Source: an uncultured Methanosarcinales archaeon (GTDB lineage: Archaea > Nanobdellota > Nanobdellia > Woesearchaeales > UBA11576). From it: a stretch of 32,000 bases of DNA. The notes beneath the pieces are model-generated. The model did no database searches, was not told the origin of the DNA, and was given only the letters and a program-made list of their open reading frames with translations. The translations under genes and the position numbers were made by a program. Within the stretch, counting starts at the first letter, position 1, and each line of letters begins with the position of its first letter. Shown piece after piece: positions 7,399-17,500 of the stretch. The stretch is taken from the NCBI GenBank assembly GCA_964643595.1, contig CAZXTQ010000001.1:1-32000 (forward strand). The letters are read 5' to 3'.

Positions 7399-8940
7399 TC
7401 ATCGGGTGAGGTTTATCGTGCCTTCTTCTATGGCTCTTCTTGTCCAGTTGTCTATTTCTTGGTCTAGTAGTTTATGTTTGTATTCTTTTTCATATATCGC
7501 TGTAGCAATGATGGCTATCATCTCTGGTGCGAGCGTTTTTTTGATGTGTGCATCGATAATGCCTTTCTCCCTGATGAAGTCAGTGCTTAATCTGCCTTTT
7601 TTCATATCAGGATGGTCTATGACTGTCTTGCAGAATGATATGTTGTTGATTATGCCTTCTATCTTCAGGTGCGTGAGTGCATCTGACATCGCCTTTATTG
7701 CAGAGCGACGGTCTTTTGACCATACCATCACTTTTGCAAGCAGAGAGTCATATTGAGGGTTTACTTTAATTCCTGAGTATATTGCAGTATCTATCCTTAG
7801 TCTGTATTGTCCTGATATCTCTTTTTCTGGTTTTGAGGATAGTGCTGCGTGTGCTACTATGCCTCTTGATGGGCTGAAGTTGTCTCTGGTATTTTCTGCG
7901 ATTATCCTGCACTCTATTGCGTGACCGTTCAGGTTTATGTCGGTCTGTCTGATGGATATCGGGCTGCCTTGTGCTATCCTTATCTGTTCCATGACTAGGT
8001 CTACTCCTGTAATCATCTCAGTTATGCCATGCTCTACCTGTATCCTTGGATTTATCTCAAGGAAATACAGTTTGCCTGATTCATCAAGAAGGAATTCAAC
8101 TGTTCCCACTCCTGCATATCCTGCTCTAAGAGCCAGCTCACAGACTTTTTTTCCGAACTCTTCTTTGATCTTTCTGCTGAGAGGTGATGGTGCTTCTTCT
8201 ATGAGTTTTTGGTGTCTCCGCTGGATTGAGCATTCTCTGTCAGAGAGGTGTACTGCTTTTCCGTGCTTGTCTGCCATGAACTGTATCTCAATATGTCTTC
8301 CGCGGATGTGTTTTTCTGCAAATAGGTCTTTGCAGTTGAAGGTTGCTGTAGCCTCATTTAGTGATGCTTCAAACAGGGTCTGTATGTTCTCTTCCTTATA
8401 GACGATACGTATTCCTTTTCCTCCTCCGCCTTTGCATGACTTCAGGACTAAGGGGTAGCCGTTATCAGATCCGAATTTTCGGGCATCATCTGCAGTGTAT
8501 AGCCTTGTGCTGCTTCCTATTGTTTCTAGTCCTGATTCTCTGGCAAGGTCCTGCGCTGCGAGTTTGTCTGCGACCCTGTTCAGCGCTTTGGATGACGGTC
8601 CGATGAATAGTATTCCTGCATCTTCGCATGCTTCTGCGAGTTCAGGGTTCTCTGCCAGAAAGCCATAACCTGGATGTAGTGCATCACATCGAGACTTTTT
8701 GGCTACCTTTATTATTTTCTTTATGTTTAAGTGGGTGGATACGAGGTTTTCTCCTTCTATCTTGATGTATTCGTCAGCAGAATGTGCTATTATCTTATTT
8801 CTGTCGTTGGTTGTATAAATGGCAGCAGTCTTGATTCCCATCTGCTTGCATGATCTTATTATCCTTAGGACTATCTCTCCTCTGTTTGCTATGAGTATCT
8901 TCTTGATATTTCTTACTTGATATCTTTTCGCGTGTAACAT
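7399..8940 (-). CDS. accC: Biotin carboxylase subunit of acyl-CoA carboxylase (ATP-grasp).
   Basis: KKILIANRGEIVLRIIRSCKQMGIKTAAIY, GYGFLAEN, GGGGKGIR and EINPRIQVEH are classic AccC motifs. 513 aa, as in archaeal AccC. Confidence 0.9.
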   Translation of the reverse strand: MLHAKRYQVRNIKKILIANRGEIVLRIIRSCKQMGIKTAAIYTTNDRNKIIAHSADEYIKIEGENLVSTHLNIKKIIKVAKKSRCDALHPGYGFLAENPELAEACEDAGILFIGPSSKALNRVADKLAAQDLARESGLETIGSSTRLYTADDARKFGSDNGYPLVLKSCKGGGGKGIRIVYKEENIQTLFEASLNEATATFNCKDLFAEKHIRGRHIEIQFMADKHGKAVHLSDRECSIQRRHQKLIEEAPSPLSRKIKEEFGKKVCELALRAGYAGVGTVEFLLDESGKLYFLEINPRIQVEHGITEMITGVDLVMEQIRIAQGSPISIRQTDINLNGHAIECRIIAENTRDNFSPSRGIVAHAALSSKPEKEISGQYRLRIDTAIYSGIKVNPQYDSLLAKVMVWSKDRRSAIKAMSDALTHLKIEGIINNISFCKTVIDHPDMKKGRLSTDFIREKGIIDAHIKKTLAPEMIAIIATAIYEKEYKHKLLDQEIDNWTRRAIEEGTINLTR

Positions 8941-8976
8941 ATTTCTGGGGGTATAGTGCTCATCATTATTCGATTA

Positions 8977-9438
8977 TTATTCAAATTCTATGAGCACGTC
9001 TCCTTTTGATACTGTCTGATTCTTTTTGGTGTTTACATGTTTTACTTTTGCATCTTTTTGGGATCTTATCTCGTTTTCCATCTTCATTGACATGAGTTTT
9101 ATGATTGTCTGGCCTTTCTTGACCGCAGCGCCTTCAGGGACCTTAACTGCAGTTATTATCCCTTGCATAGGGCTTCTGAGGAATCTGGAGTCTTCTTGGT
9201 TGTCATATGCCTTTTCCACACAATATGTCTCTTGACCTATGGTTATTCGGGAAGTTCCGTCATCATCAGTGGCAGTCCTTACTTCATAAGTATTCCTGTC
9301 GGTGTGTATCAGAGGTCCTTCGACAGATGTAGATACTTTTGCTGTTTTTATTTTCTCACCGGAAATAGTGACTTCGTAGCTGTCTCTGCCTGGTTTGATC
9401 GTGACTTCAAAGATGTGTCCGTCTATGTTGAGTTTCAT
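8977..9438 (-). CDS. accB: Biotin carboxyl carrier protein.
   Basis: C-terminal biotinyl domain PMQGIITAVKVPEGAAVKKGQTIIKLMSMKMENEI with the MKM biotinyl-lysine motif. Lies between accC and the carboxyltransferase gene. Confidence 0.8.
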   Translation of the reverse strand: MKLNIDGHIFEVTIKPGRDSYEVTISGEKIKTAKVSTSVEGPLIHTDRNTYEVRTATDDDGTSRITIGQETYCVEKAYDNQEDSRFLRSPMQGIITAVKVPEGAAVKKGQTIIKLMSMKMENEIRSQKDAKVKHVNTKKNQTVSKGDVLIEFE

Positions 9439-9452
9439 CTTGTAGAAACAGT

Positions 9453-10970
9453 TCAGAGTGGCATGTTGCCGTGTTTTTTCAGTCTGCGCTGGACTCTTTT
9501 TGTGGCTAGGCTTTCAAGTGATTTTATGAGTGTCTGCCTTGTCTTGGATGGATCTATTATCATGTCTATGCTTCCTATATCTGCCGCCACATAAGGGTTA
9601 AGGAACTTCTCTGAGTATTCTTGTTGTCTGACCTGTCTGTCTTCGGATCCTTTGAAGATTATTTCGGCTGCCTGACGTGACCCCATCACGGCTATCCGTG
9701 CGATGGGCCACGCTATTACCTGGTCAAAGCCCATCTCTTTGGAGCACATTACTATATATGCGCCACCGTATGCTTTTCTCATTATGAGTGATATTTTAGG
9801 TACTGTTGATTCTGCGTAGGCGTATAGCAGGTCTGCGCCATGTTTTATTATTCCGTGGTATTCTTGTTCTTTTCCTGGGAGGTATCCTGGGACGTCAACA
9901 AAATTTATGAGTGGTATGTTGAATGCATCACAGAACCTGACGAATCTTGCGGCTTTTTCTGATGCGTCTATGTCTATGCAACCGGCTAGCATGCTTGGTT
10001 GGTTGGCCACGACGCCGACCACTTTATTGTTCAGTCTTGCGAGAGCAATCACTATGTTCTTTGCGAATGCAGGCTGTATTTCCATGACAGAATTCTTGTC
10101 GAGAACTTCACAAAGGACGTCTTTTACATCGTAGCTTTTTTCAGGGTCTGCAGGCACTATTTTCATGAGCTTCTTTGTATTGCGGTTAGGTGTGTCGCCT
10201 GTCTTCATAAGTGGTGGTTTTGTAATGTTGTTGAGTGGCAGGTAGCTGAGTAGTTTCCTGACTTTTGTGAGTGCATCTGGTTCAGATTGCTCTTCGAAGT
10301 GTGCTACTCCGGTCATCTCTGCGTGGACTTCGGCTCCGCCAAGCTCGTCAGGTGATACTTTTTCAGAAAGCACGCTTTTTATTACTCGCGGTCCTGTTAT
10401 GAACATCTTGCTGAGACCTTTTACCATGAATACAAAATCAGTAAGTGCTGGAGAGTATACTGCACCTCCTGCGCAGGGTCCTGCTACGACCGATATCTGA
10501 GGGACCACTCCGCTGGCTTCTGTGTTTCGCTGGAATATCCTTGCGTAACCGTCGAGAGCCTTTATGCCTTCCTGGATTCGCGCCCCTCCGGAGTCTTCGA
10601 TACCTATTATCGGACAGCCAGTCTTTATTGCAAGATCCATTATCTTGACTATTTTTTTGGCATGCATCTCACCTAGTGTGCCGCCTTTCTGTGTGAAGTC
10701 CTGTGCGTATACGCAGACATGTCTTCCGTCTATTTTTCCATATCCTGTTACGACTCCGTCGCTCTTTAAGTGTTGCATCTGAGGGTCGGATGATCTTACG
10801 AACAGGTCTGTCTCTACGAATGTTTTCTTGTCTAGAAGCATGACTATTCTTTCCCTTGCAGTTAGCTTGTTGTTGTCGTGTTGCTTGTTTGCAGGGATAT
10901 TCTTTGTATTTTTCTCTTTTTTCAGGAATTCTGCATTCCTCTGCATGAATTCGTCAGCTCGTCTGGACAT
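9453..10970 (-). CDS. pccB: Acyl-CoA carboxylase carboxyltransferase subunit (propionyl-CoA carboxylase beta / methylmalonyl-CoA decarboxylase alpha family).
   Basis: KLTARERIVMLLDKKTFVETD, GVVTGYGKIDGRHVCVYAQDFTQKGGTLGE and GIEDSGGARIQEG are typical of single-chain CT subunits. Confidence 0.85.
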   Translation of the reverse strand: MSRRADEFMQRNAEFLKKEKNTKNIPANKQHDNNKLTARERIVMLLDKKTFVETDLFVRSSDPQMQHLKSDGVVTGYGKIDGRHVCVYAQDFTQKGGTLGEMHAKKIVKIMDLAIKTGCPIIGIEDSGGARIQEGIKALDGYARIFQRNTEASGVVPQISVVAGPCAGGAVYSPALTDFVFMVKGLSKMFITGPRVIKSVLSEKVSPDELGGAEVHAEMTGVAHFEEQSEPDALTKVRKLLSYLPLNNITKPPLMKTGDTPNRNTKKLMKIVPADPEKSYDVKDVLCEVLDKNSVMEIQPAFAKNIVIALARLNNKVVGVVANQPSMLAGCIDIDASEKAARFVRFCDAFNIPLINFVDVPGYLPGKEQEYHGIIKHGADLLYAYAESTVPKISLIMRKAYGGAYIVMCSKEMGFDQVIAWPIARIAVMGSRQAAEIIFKGSEDRQVRQQEYSEKFLNPYVAADIGSIDMIIDPSKTRQTLIKSLESLATKRVQRRLKKHGNMPL

Positions 10971-11728
10971 TATGTGTGATACCCTCCGTTTGCGGATATT
11001 ACTTCGCCTGTGGTGTAGGTCGCATCTGCTACAAGGAACAGTGCTATTTTTGCTATCTCTGAAGGTTCTGCAAGCCGTTTCATGGGATTTGCGTCTATGT
11101 ACATCTGTCTGAACTTGTCGTCGACTCCGCGCATCATGTCGGTCTCTACGCCGCCTGGTGCGATGGCATTTACAGTTATCCCATGACGTGCGACTTCAAG
11201 TGCGATTGATTTTGTAAAACCTACCACTCCCCACTTTGCAGCGGCATAATTGGACTGGCCGAAAGCGCCTGTCTGACCGTACAAGGAGGATATGTTGATT
11301 ATGCGTCCGCCGTTATGTTCGATCATATGATTGACAAGAGCACGTGTCATGTTGAAGGTTCCGTTCAGGTCTATATCTATGACTTTATGCCATTGGGATA
11401 CTTCCATCTTCAAGAGGAGTGAAGGACTGACTATGCCTGCGTTGTTGACGAGTATATCTATGCGGCCAAAGAATTCTTCTGCCTGTTTTACTAATGATTC
11501 TGCTTCTTCATATTTTGATATGTCTGCCTTTGCAAGGTATGTCCTGACCGGGTGTGTCCGTCCTTCACATATCTTTTTTATATCTTCTTCAGTGGCGCGG
11601 GCTGCTTCGTCGTTCCGCGAATAGTTTATGACTATATTACATCCCTGACGGGCAAACTCTAATGCAATTGCCTTCCCTATCCCTCTAGAGCTACCTGTTA
11701 TGATTGCAGTTTTTCCTTGGAGTTTCAT
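10970..11728 (-). CDS. fabG: Short-chain dehydrogenase/reductase, 3-oxoacyl reductase (FabG-like).
   Basis: TGSSRGIGKAIA cofactor-binding motif, NNAGI, and catalytic S...YAAAKWG. Its stop codon shares one base with the start codon of the CT gene. Confidence 0.8.
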   Translation of the reverse strand: MKLQGKTAIITGSSRGIGKAIALEFARQGCNIVINYSRNDEAARATEEDIKKICEGRTHPVRTYLAKADISKYEEAESLVKQAEEFFGRIDILVNNAGIVSPSLLLKMEVSQWHKVIDIDLNGTFNMTRALVNHMIEHNGGRIINISSLYGQTGAFGQSNYAAAKWGVVGFTKSIALEVARHGITVNAIAPGGVETDMMRGVDDKFRQMYIDANPMKRLAEPSEIAKIALFLVADATYTTGEVISANGGYHT

Positions 11729-11780
11729 GTCTTCACCTTTTTCAATTTAATTAATTTAAGTTTTTGTGGTTTTTTGATGT

Positions 11781-12545
11781 TTATTTTTTCTTGTCAATAA
11801 ATGCAGATATTGCATCTTTTGCTTGCTGAGTTCCTAGACATTTTTTGAATTCGGATATCCCCTTTTCAGTTGTGTTCTCTATTTCAGAAGCTGCAGCTAT
11901 TTTTTTTATTGCGGCGACTGCGGCAGGATTTTGCGAGTTAACCTTTTCAGCAATCATTTCTGCGCGATTCATTATGTTCCAACTGTTGCTTATTTCATCT
12001 ATTAGACCCATATTCAGTGCTTCTTTCGCAGTGATTGTCCTTCCTGTTAAAAGTAGGTTCATTGATTTTCTTTTACCTACTTGTCTCACGAGCCTTTTTA
12101 TCCCTCCTGCTCCGGGAATAAGTCCTATTTTTATCTCAGGAAGTGAGAATTTTGCTGTAGGAGTTGCTATTATGTAGTCGAATGCGAGCGTTATCTCAAA
12201 ACCTCCACCTACGCAGTATCCGTTGACTACCGCGATGCTAAACTTGTCAGATATTTCAAGCTCGTCAAGAACAGTCGCGCCAAGCTTGACACCTTCCATG
12301 ACTTTGTTGTTTGTCAGATTTCTGAAGTCATTTATGTCCAGGCCAGTGCAGAATGACTGGTTCCTTCCGCTGACTATTATTGTGGAGATGCTATTATCTC
12401 TTATACCTGATCTTACTGCTGCAGAGAATTCTTTGACTGTCTCACTGTGTAGGACCGGATATTTATTCATCGAACCTATTGTTATATGTAGTGTTTTTCC
12501 TTTTTTTTCTTTAAGTATGGTTGTTTTGTTTTTTGTGGTGCTCAT
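11781..12545 (-). CDS. Enoyl-CoA hydratase (crotonase superfamily).
   Basis: AVVNGYCVGGGFEITLAFDYIIATPTAKFSLPEIKIGLIPGAGGIKRL. Both catalytic Glu positions of rat ECH are present (GGGFE and LPEI). Confidence 0.8.
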   Translation of the reverse strand: MSTTKNKTTILKEKKGKTLHITIGSMNKYPVLHSETVKEFSAAVRSGIRDNSISTIIVSGRNQSFCTGLDINDFRNLTNNKVMEGVKLGATVLDELEISDKFSIAVVNGYCVGGGFEITLAFDYIIATPTAKFSLPEIKIGLIPGAGGIKRLVRQVGKRKSMNLLLTGRTITAKEALNMGLIDEISNSWNIMNRAEMIAEKVNSQNPAAVAAIKKIAAASEIENTTEKGISEFKKCLGTQQAKDAISAFIDKKK

Positions 12546-12549
12546 TTTT

Positions 12550-13572
12550 TCACCGATTTTTTTTGTACCATCGCAGGACGTTTGCTCCCCATGATAGTCC
12601 TGAACCGAATGCTACAGTGACGATGAGGTCTCCATCATGAAGTTTTCCGCCACGGTTTGCTTCATCGATTACCGTCAGGACAGACCCTCCTCCTATGTTT
12701 CCGTGTCGCTGTACATTTGTGATTGTCTTGTTCATCGGAAGCCCGAGCATTCTCATACCTTCTTTTATGATGTTGAGGTTTGCCTGATGGGGAAATACAT
12801 ATTTTATCTTTGATATCGATGTTCCTGTCTTCTCAAGGACCTGTTTGATAGCATTCTCAAATTTATCTACTGCGAATTCAAATATTGGTCTTCCATTCAT
12901 GTGGATATGGTATTCTCCTGATTCTATGACTTCCTGCGAGAAAACTTTTTTGGATCCTCCGACGAATATTCCGAGGTTCTCTGCACCGTCTGCTTTTGAT
13001 CCGAGTACGCTTCCGATCAGTCCGTATCCTTTCTTGACTCGGGATACTACTGCTGCTGCAGCTCCATCTCCAAAGATGACTGATGTTACTCTGCTGTGTG
13101 GGTATTTTGAGAATATCTCTCCGTTGATTATCAAGCCTGTCTTGTACCTTCCTGATTCTATCATACTTGCCGCGATTTCCAGACAATAGGGTACTCCTCC
13201 GCAGATTATGTTTAAGTCTATCGCGAATGCCTGTTCTGCACCGATAGCTTTCTTGACAAGGTTTCCTGTGAATAGTGTTGCAGGGTAATCGTGGCTCATC
13301 GCGCCGGTGATTATGAAGTCTATTTCAGAAGGTGCTATTTTTGCATCCTCGAGTGCTTTACGTGCGGCAGGTATTGCAAGGTCTGACAATGCTAGTTCGG
13401 AGCATGCAAATCTTCTTTCTTTTATTCCGGTCTTTGTGATTATCCACTCGTCTGTTGTATCGACCAGGTTTTCAAGTTCTTTATTGGTTACTCTGCGAGG
13501 AGGGAAGTATGTTCCCGTACCTATTATTCCTGCGGAGTATATTGATTCTTTTCTGAACAAGTAGTTCACCAT
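12550..13572 (-). CDS. fabH: KAS III-type condensing enzyme (FabH / NphT7-like thiolase fold).
   Basis: A Cys-His-Asn triad in the expected contexts: AIDLNIICGGVPYCL, FPHQANLNII, GNIGGGS. 340 aa. Confidence 0.8.
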   Translation of the reverse strand: MVNYLFRKESIYSAGIIGTGTYFPPRRVTNKELENLVDTTDEWIITKTGIKERRFACSELALSDLAIPAARKALEDAKIAPSEIDFIITGAMSHDYPATLFTGNLVKKAIGAEQAFAIDLNIICGGVPYCLEIAASMIESGRYKTGLIINGEIFSKYPHSRVTSVIFGDGAAAAVVSRVKKGYGLIGSVLGSKADGAENLGIFVGGSKKVFSQEVIESGEYHIHMNGRPIFEFAVDKFENAIKQVLEKTGTSISKIKYVFPHQANLNIIKEGMRMLGLPMNKTITNVQRHGNIGGGSVLTVIDEANRGGKLHDGDLIVTVAFGSGLSWGANVLRWYKKNR

Positions 13573-13613
13573 CTTTTTTGATTATTGTTGAAATTAATTT
13601 TTTCTTTTTTTCT

Positions 13614-14447
13614 TCAGATGTGTTTTTTGAAGAATGTTACTGCTTCTTTACACACGTCTGGAAGCGTTCTTTTGAGGAAATGTCCGTCGTCAACTTCAAT
13701 GATGTTTTTGTCTTTAGAGCCGCAGAGGTTAAACATCTCTTTCACAATATTTGTGTTTATCATCCTATCTTTTTTTGATTGTATAAATAAAGTTGGTATT
13801 TTTATTTTTGGGAGGACTGTTCTCGTATCGAGTCCATTTATGAGTTCTGGTATAAATTTTCTAGGGCTATAGTGCAGACCTGTGCCTTTTTCTAGTTTCA
13901 CGACGTGAAGTTCGCGCTGACTATCGGGTACGAGTCTTTTTATCCTTATCTTTTCGACCAGCCATGCAAGCGAGTACCTGAAATACCTGGTGTTGAACTG
14001 TCTGCTTCTGCGTTCCATATAGTCATAATCAGGATAGGAGTTGACAAGCGTAATTGCTTTGACTTTATTGTTTGTGGCTGCGCAGTATGTTGCGGGTATG
14101 CCTCCATAGCAGAAACCGAACAGCGCGACATTGTTTTTTTTGTATCTCTTGGTTAGGTGTGAGATTATCTTATCAAGGTCTTCAGGAAGTTTTTTTGCAG
14201 AGAATTCTCCTGTTGATTCATTATGCGCTCTGCGATCATATGCAAATGCGGTAAATCCTTTTGCTGAGATATATTCAGCGAACTTGGTTGTTATGTTCCA
14301 TCTGTTCAGGCTAAGACCTGTATCTATTATGACGATTGATTTTGGATGAAGATCTTTCTTGGGTTTGAATATTGTACCCACTATATCTGCATCGCCTACA
14401 TTAATTTTGATGTCTTCCATAATCTTGTGATTTGCTATTTTTGGCAT
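13614..14447 (-). CDS. Alpha/beta-hydrolase with a Cys nucleophile (dienelactone-hydrolase-like). First gene of the acyl operon.
   Basis: The nucleophile elbow reads ALFGFCYGGIPA (G-x-C-x-G, as in the DLH motif GYCLGG) rather than G-x-S-x-G. A C-terminal DDGHF supplies a candidate His. Confidence 0.65.
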   Translation of the reverse strand: MPKIANHKIMEDIKINVGDADIVGTIFKPKKDLHPKSIVIIDTGLSLNRWNITTKFAEYISAKGFTAFAYDRRAHNESTGEFSAKKLPEDLDKIISHLTKRYKKNNVALFGFCYGGIPATYCAATNNKVKAITLVNSYPDYDYMERRSRQFNTRYFRYSLAWLVEKIRIKRLVPDSQRELHVVKLEKGTGLHYSPRKFIPELINGLDTRTVLPKIKIPTLFIQSKKDRMINTNIVKEMFNLCGSKDKNIIEVDDGHFLKRTLPDVCKEAVTFFKKHI

Positions 14448-14487
14448 TTTTTTATTTGTTTAGTAACTATTGGTGTCCTTTTTATTA

Positions 14488-14495
14488 TTTATAAA
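14488..14495. promoter_or_regulatory. Palindromic TATA box TTTATAAA in the divergent promoter region between the acyl operon and the 1007-aa gene.
   Basis: Its near (minus-side) edge lies 41 nt upstream of the minus-strand ATG at 14447. The same octamer precedes S3Ae, trkA and hisS. Confidence 0.45.
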
Positions 14496-14589
14496 CATAT
14501 ATACCAATATTTTTATAAGGATTGCTTTATATTTTAGGTATTCTTATTAACTATGATTGTGTAGTTACTGGTTTGGTGAAGTGAAGCGT

Positions 14590-17500
14590 ATGGGGGAGAA
14601 CACAGGTCTAAGTGAGTTGGAGCATCTTGTGGAAAGGTGGCGGGTTCAGTTCAATCCTTTTGTGGAAGAACGTTTTTTGACAGGTAGAGAAATACCTGGG
14701 CGGGTTGTCCGTGAAAGTGTGGAGTATTTCTTTGAGTCGGGAGGTGAACCTGGTATTATAGCTCGAGAGTTAGGGTCTAAGTTCAGAGAATCAAGTAATA
14801 GGGGTCTTTTTGGTGTCAGTTCAATTTCTGTCGATGATCTTCTGGATGATTCAAGATTCTATACTGATGAGACTTTTGCACTGCTGTCTTTCCTGCTGAA
14901 GATTGATCGTGGAGATGCTTCTTTCTGTTTCAATTCAGTTGAATCTGAGTTGTACGATGCAGGGCATAAGCTTTATGAGGTTGCACCCCTACGCTCAAAA
15001 GTGTTTATAGAGCCTAATTCTTCAGGCAGTGTTAGTTGTCGTAATTTTGGGGCTGCGTTGGATACTATGCGGGATATCTGTTCTGAGCGGGCACAGGATA
15101 GGGGTTGGGATGTTGATAAATATGTTAATTCTCGTCTGGAGTTTTTATTCAGGATGTTCAATGTATTTATCAACAATGAAGGATTGTACATAGATCGAAA
15201 AGACCTTATTGACCCGAGATTATGGGTGCGGTATGAGGCGTCGCAGTTTTTCCTTGAGGCCTGTAAGATTGTGACAGGACGAAGCGATTTCGTCAAGATT
15301 ATGGCTGCGCGTAATTTTCCAGTATTTATCAAACTTCTTGCTAACATCTTAGATGTTGGAACTGGATTTCATGAGATAACTGGAATAGCTAACAAGTATA
15401 ATTCATTGCTGGATATTGGTCTTAAAGAGAGGGGAACTGGATATGCAGTAGTATCTGTGACTCCTTCAGATGTTCTGAGGGATATTGCAGGTAAACGTTT
15501 CAATGCGTGTATGCAGTTATCTTGTGATGTTGCTAAGTATACTATGGAGAAGATTCCTAAGCTGTACGGTCTGAATAGTTATGGATTTGTTGAAGTTTCG
15601 TGCTGTGTTGAAAATGCGATTGATTTTTCTGACCGGGCAGGGGGTATGGTGCCAAAAGGTCATATTTGTGAGTATCATTACAAATGGTTTCCTATAGCAA
15701 CAGGTTGGAGAAGGCTTTTGAACCCCGTTTTCCTCTTAGGCGCTGCTAATATTCCTTTGATACCTGCGGTAATCGGGTCTGATATGTCTTCTCTTGAGAA
15801 AGTTCTCATGATAGGTACAGGTCTGATTGCACCGTTAGGTGCTGCTGCTGTGAATAAGATATTCAACCAACAGAGGCACATAGGTGATATCGAGGAATAT
15901 CATCGTATACAGGAAAATAAAGCAGAGCAGCAACGTCATGACTTGCTCCAGCGTGAGATTGATGTGGCTAAGACCAATCTGGAACATACGTACAGCAGTC
16001 TTTATCTCATGAGTCTTCAGTACACAGATTATCTTAGGTTATTGAAGGGAGGGGATATAGATGCTGCTTTGTCTCAGATGGACACTCTCCAGGATACTGT
16101 TGTAAAGTATTTGGAAGATACTGCGTTGAAGGGTGCTCGTAACACAGGTCTTTTAGATTTTAGGCGTAAGTTGGATGATGCTGCGCTGTTCCTTGCATAT
16201 GGGCAGGCTGTCGACGGGACGTTCAATCCTCTTACTGGCAAGAGTGGTAGTGCAGTATTTCTTACAGAGTCTGATGAGAAACGTACTAACATATCTAAGC
16301 GTTTTGCTTTAAAGGAGATGGGTTCTGTCGAGGCACTGGTCTATTCCTGGTTTAGGGATAAGGGTATGAAGGAGATGATGCGGTTCCCTACTCCTGAAAT
16401 TCTTGCTTATAGGGTTGTGCCAAGTTGGGATGAATCTAAAAGTTGTATTGTTGAGGTTCCTATAATGTTGATGGAACAGATTGACGGACCTACTCTTTAT
16501 GATTTTTTCAGGATGTTGAACAATAAGACTTGTTTAGATGGTTCTGGAAATGATTTGACAAGACACTATATTGACAGTCTTAAAGATTCAGTCATAGATA
16601 GATTGTTGGAAAGGTACTGTTACCTGACGGATCAATTGCAGAGTGATGAAGAAGGTTCTCTTGGAAGACATCTTGATTTGGGGGGTGTGGTTCGTATACG
16701 CGAAGGTGCTTATATTGCCAAGACGACAGAAGTGTTTGAGGATTGTTTAATGGGTGATGCTTGTCCTGACAGTCAGAAAGAGGTATTGTACGTGGTCGCC
16801 CAGATTATAGGTGAGGTTCTGGATAAGGTGAAGAAGGTTCCGTTCATTGATATGGGTTCTTTGAACGCAAGTCTTCCTGCAAGGTCACTTTATTCCCGGC
16901 TTCTTCTTTTACATGAAGGTGTGGACGATTTCAGCGCAGAGGTTTCTGCAGTTGAAAAGCCTGCACGTACGACTATGGAGCTTGCGCTTGATGATATGGT
17001 GTCGCATATGGACGATGCAGATTTCCGCGAGAATATATTCGATGTGTGTGCTGATGAATTGGTTCGTTTTGATTTTGAGAAGCTCAGGATAGACACGTTA
17101 GAGTTTGATGACCTGAGTCATATGACTGATTTCTTGCCTTACGGTTCGTCACCAGAGCGAAGGGCTAAGGTTAATGCGAGATACCTTGCGTTGAGATATG
17201 TTGCTAAAGACGAGCCTTGCGGACAGCATATTCTGGGGCTGATTCATGAAGGTCGGACTGATGATGCTGTTGAACTCATGCGCTCGGTCATAGATTATTC
17301 TAGTATTGAGTCTGAGCGCGCACTTGTATCTATATACAGGAATCTGCGTTGGGTGCGGTTCTATTCAGACTTGGATGCTGATAAGTTTGATGATCTGCAT
17401 TCTAAAAAGCAGACTCGTGAGTATCATTTAAATATTATACTTGAGGACATAGGGGTATATCTAAGAGAGAACAGCATCGGCAGAATGCAGGATAGGGTGA

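Noticed and set aside
7388-11624. Many + strand track ORFs (7388-7756, 7937-8401, 9163-9594, 10267-10500, 11331-11624 and others).
   Set aside because: All lie antisense to the strongly supported accC, accB, carboxyltransferase and fabG genes and have shadow-ORF composition.
12878-13186. 102-aa minus-strand ORF in an alternative frame inside the KAS III gene.
   Set aside because: It is an Arg/Ser/Ile-rich out-of-frame product entirely nested in a gene with an intact catalytic triad.
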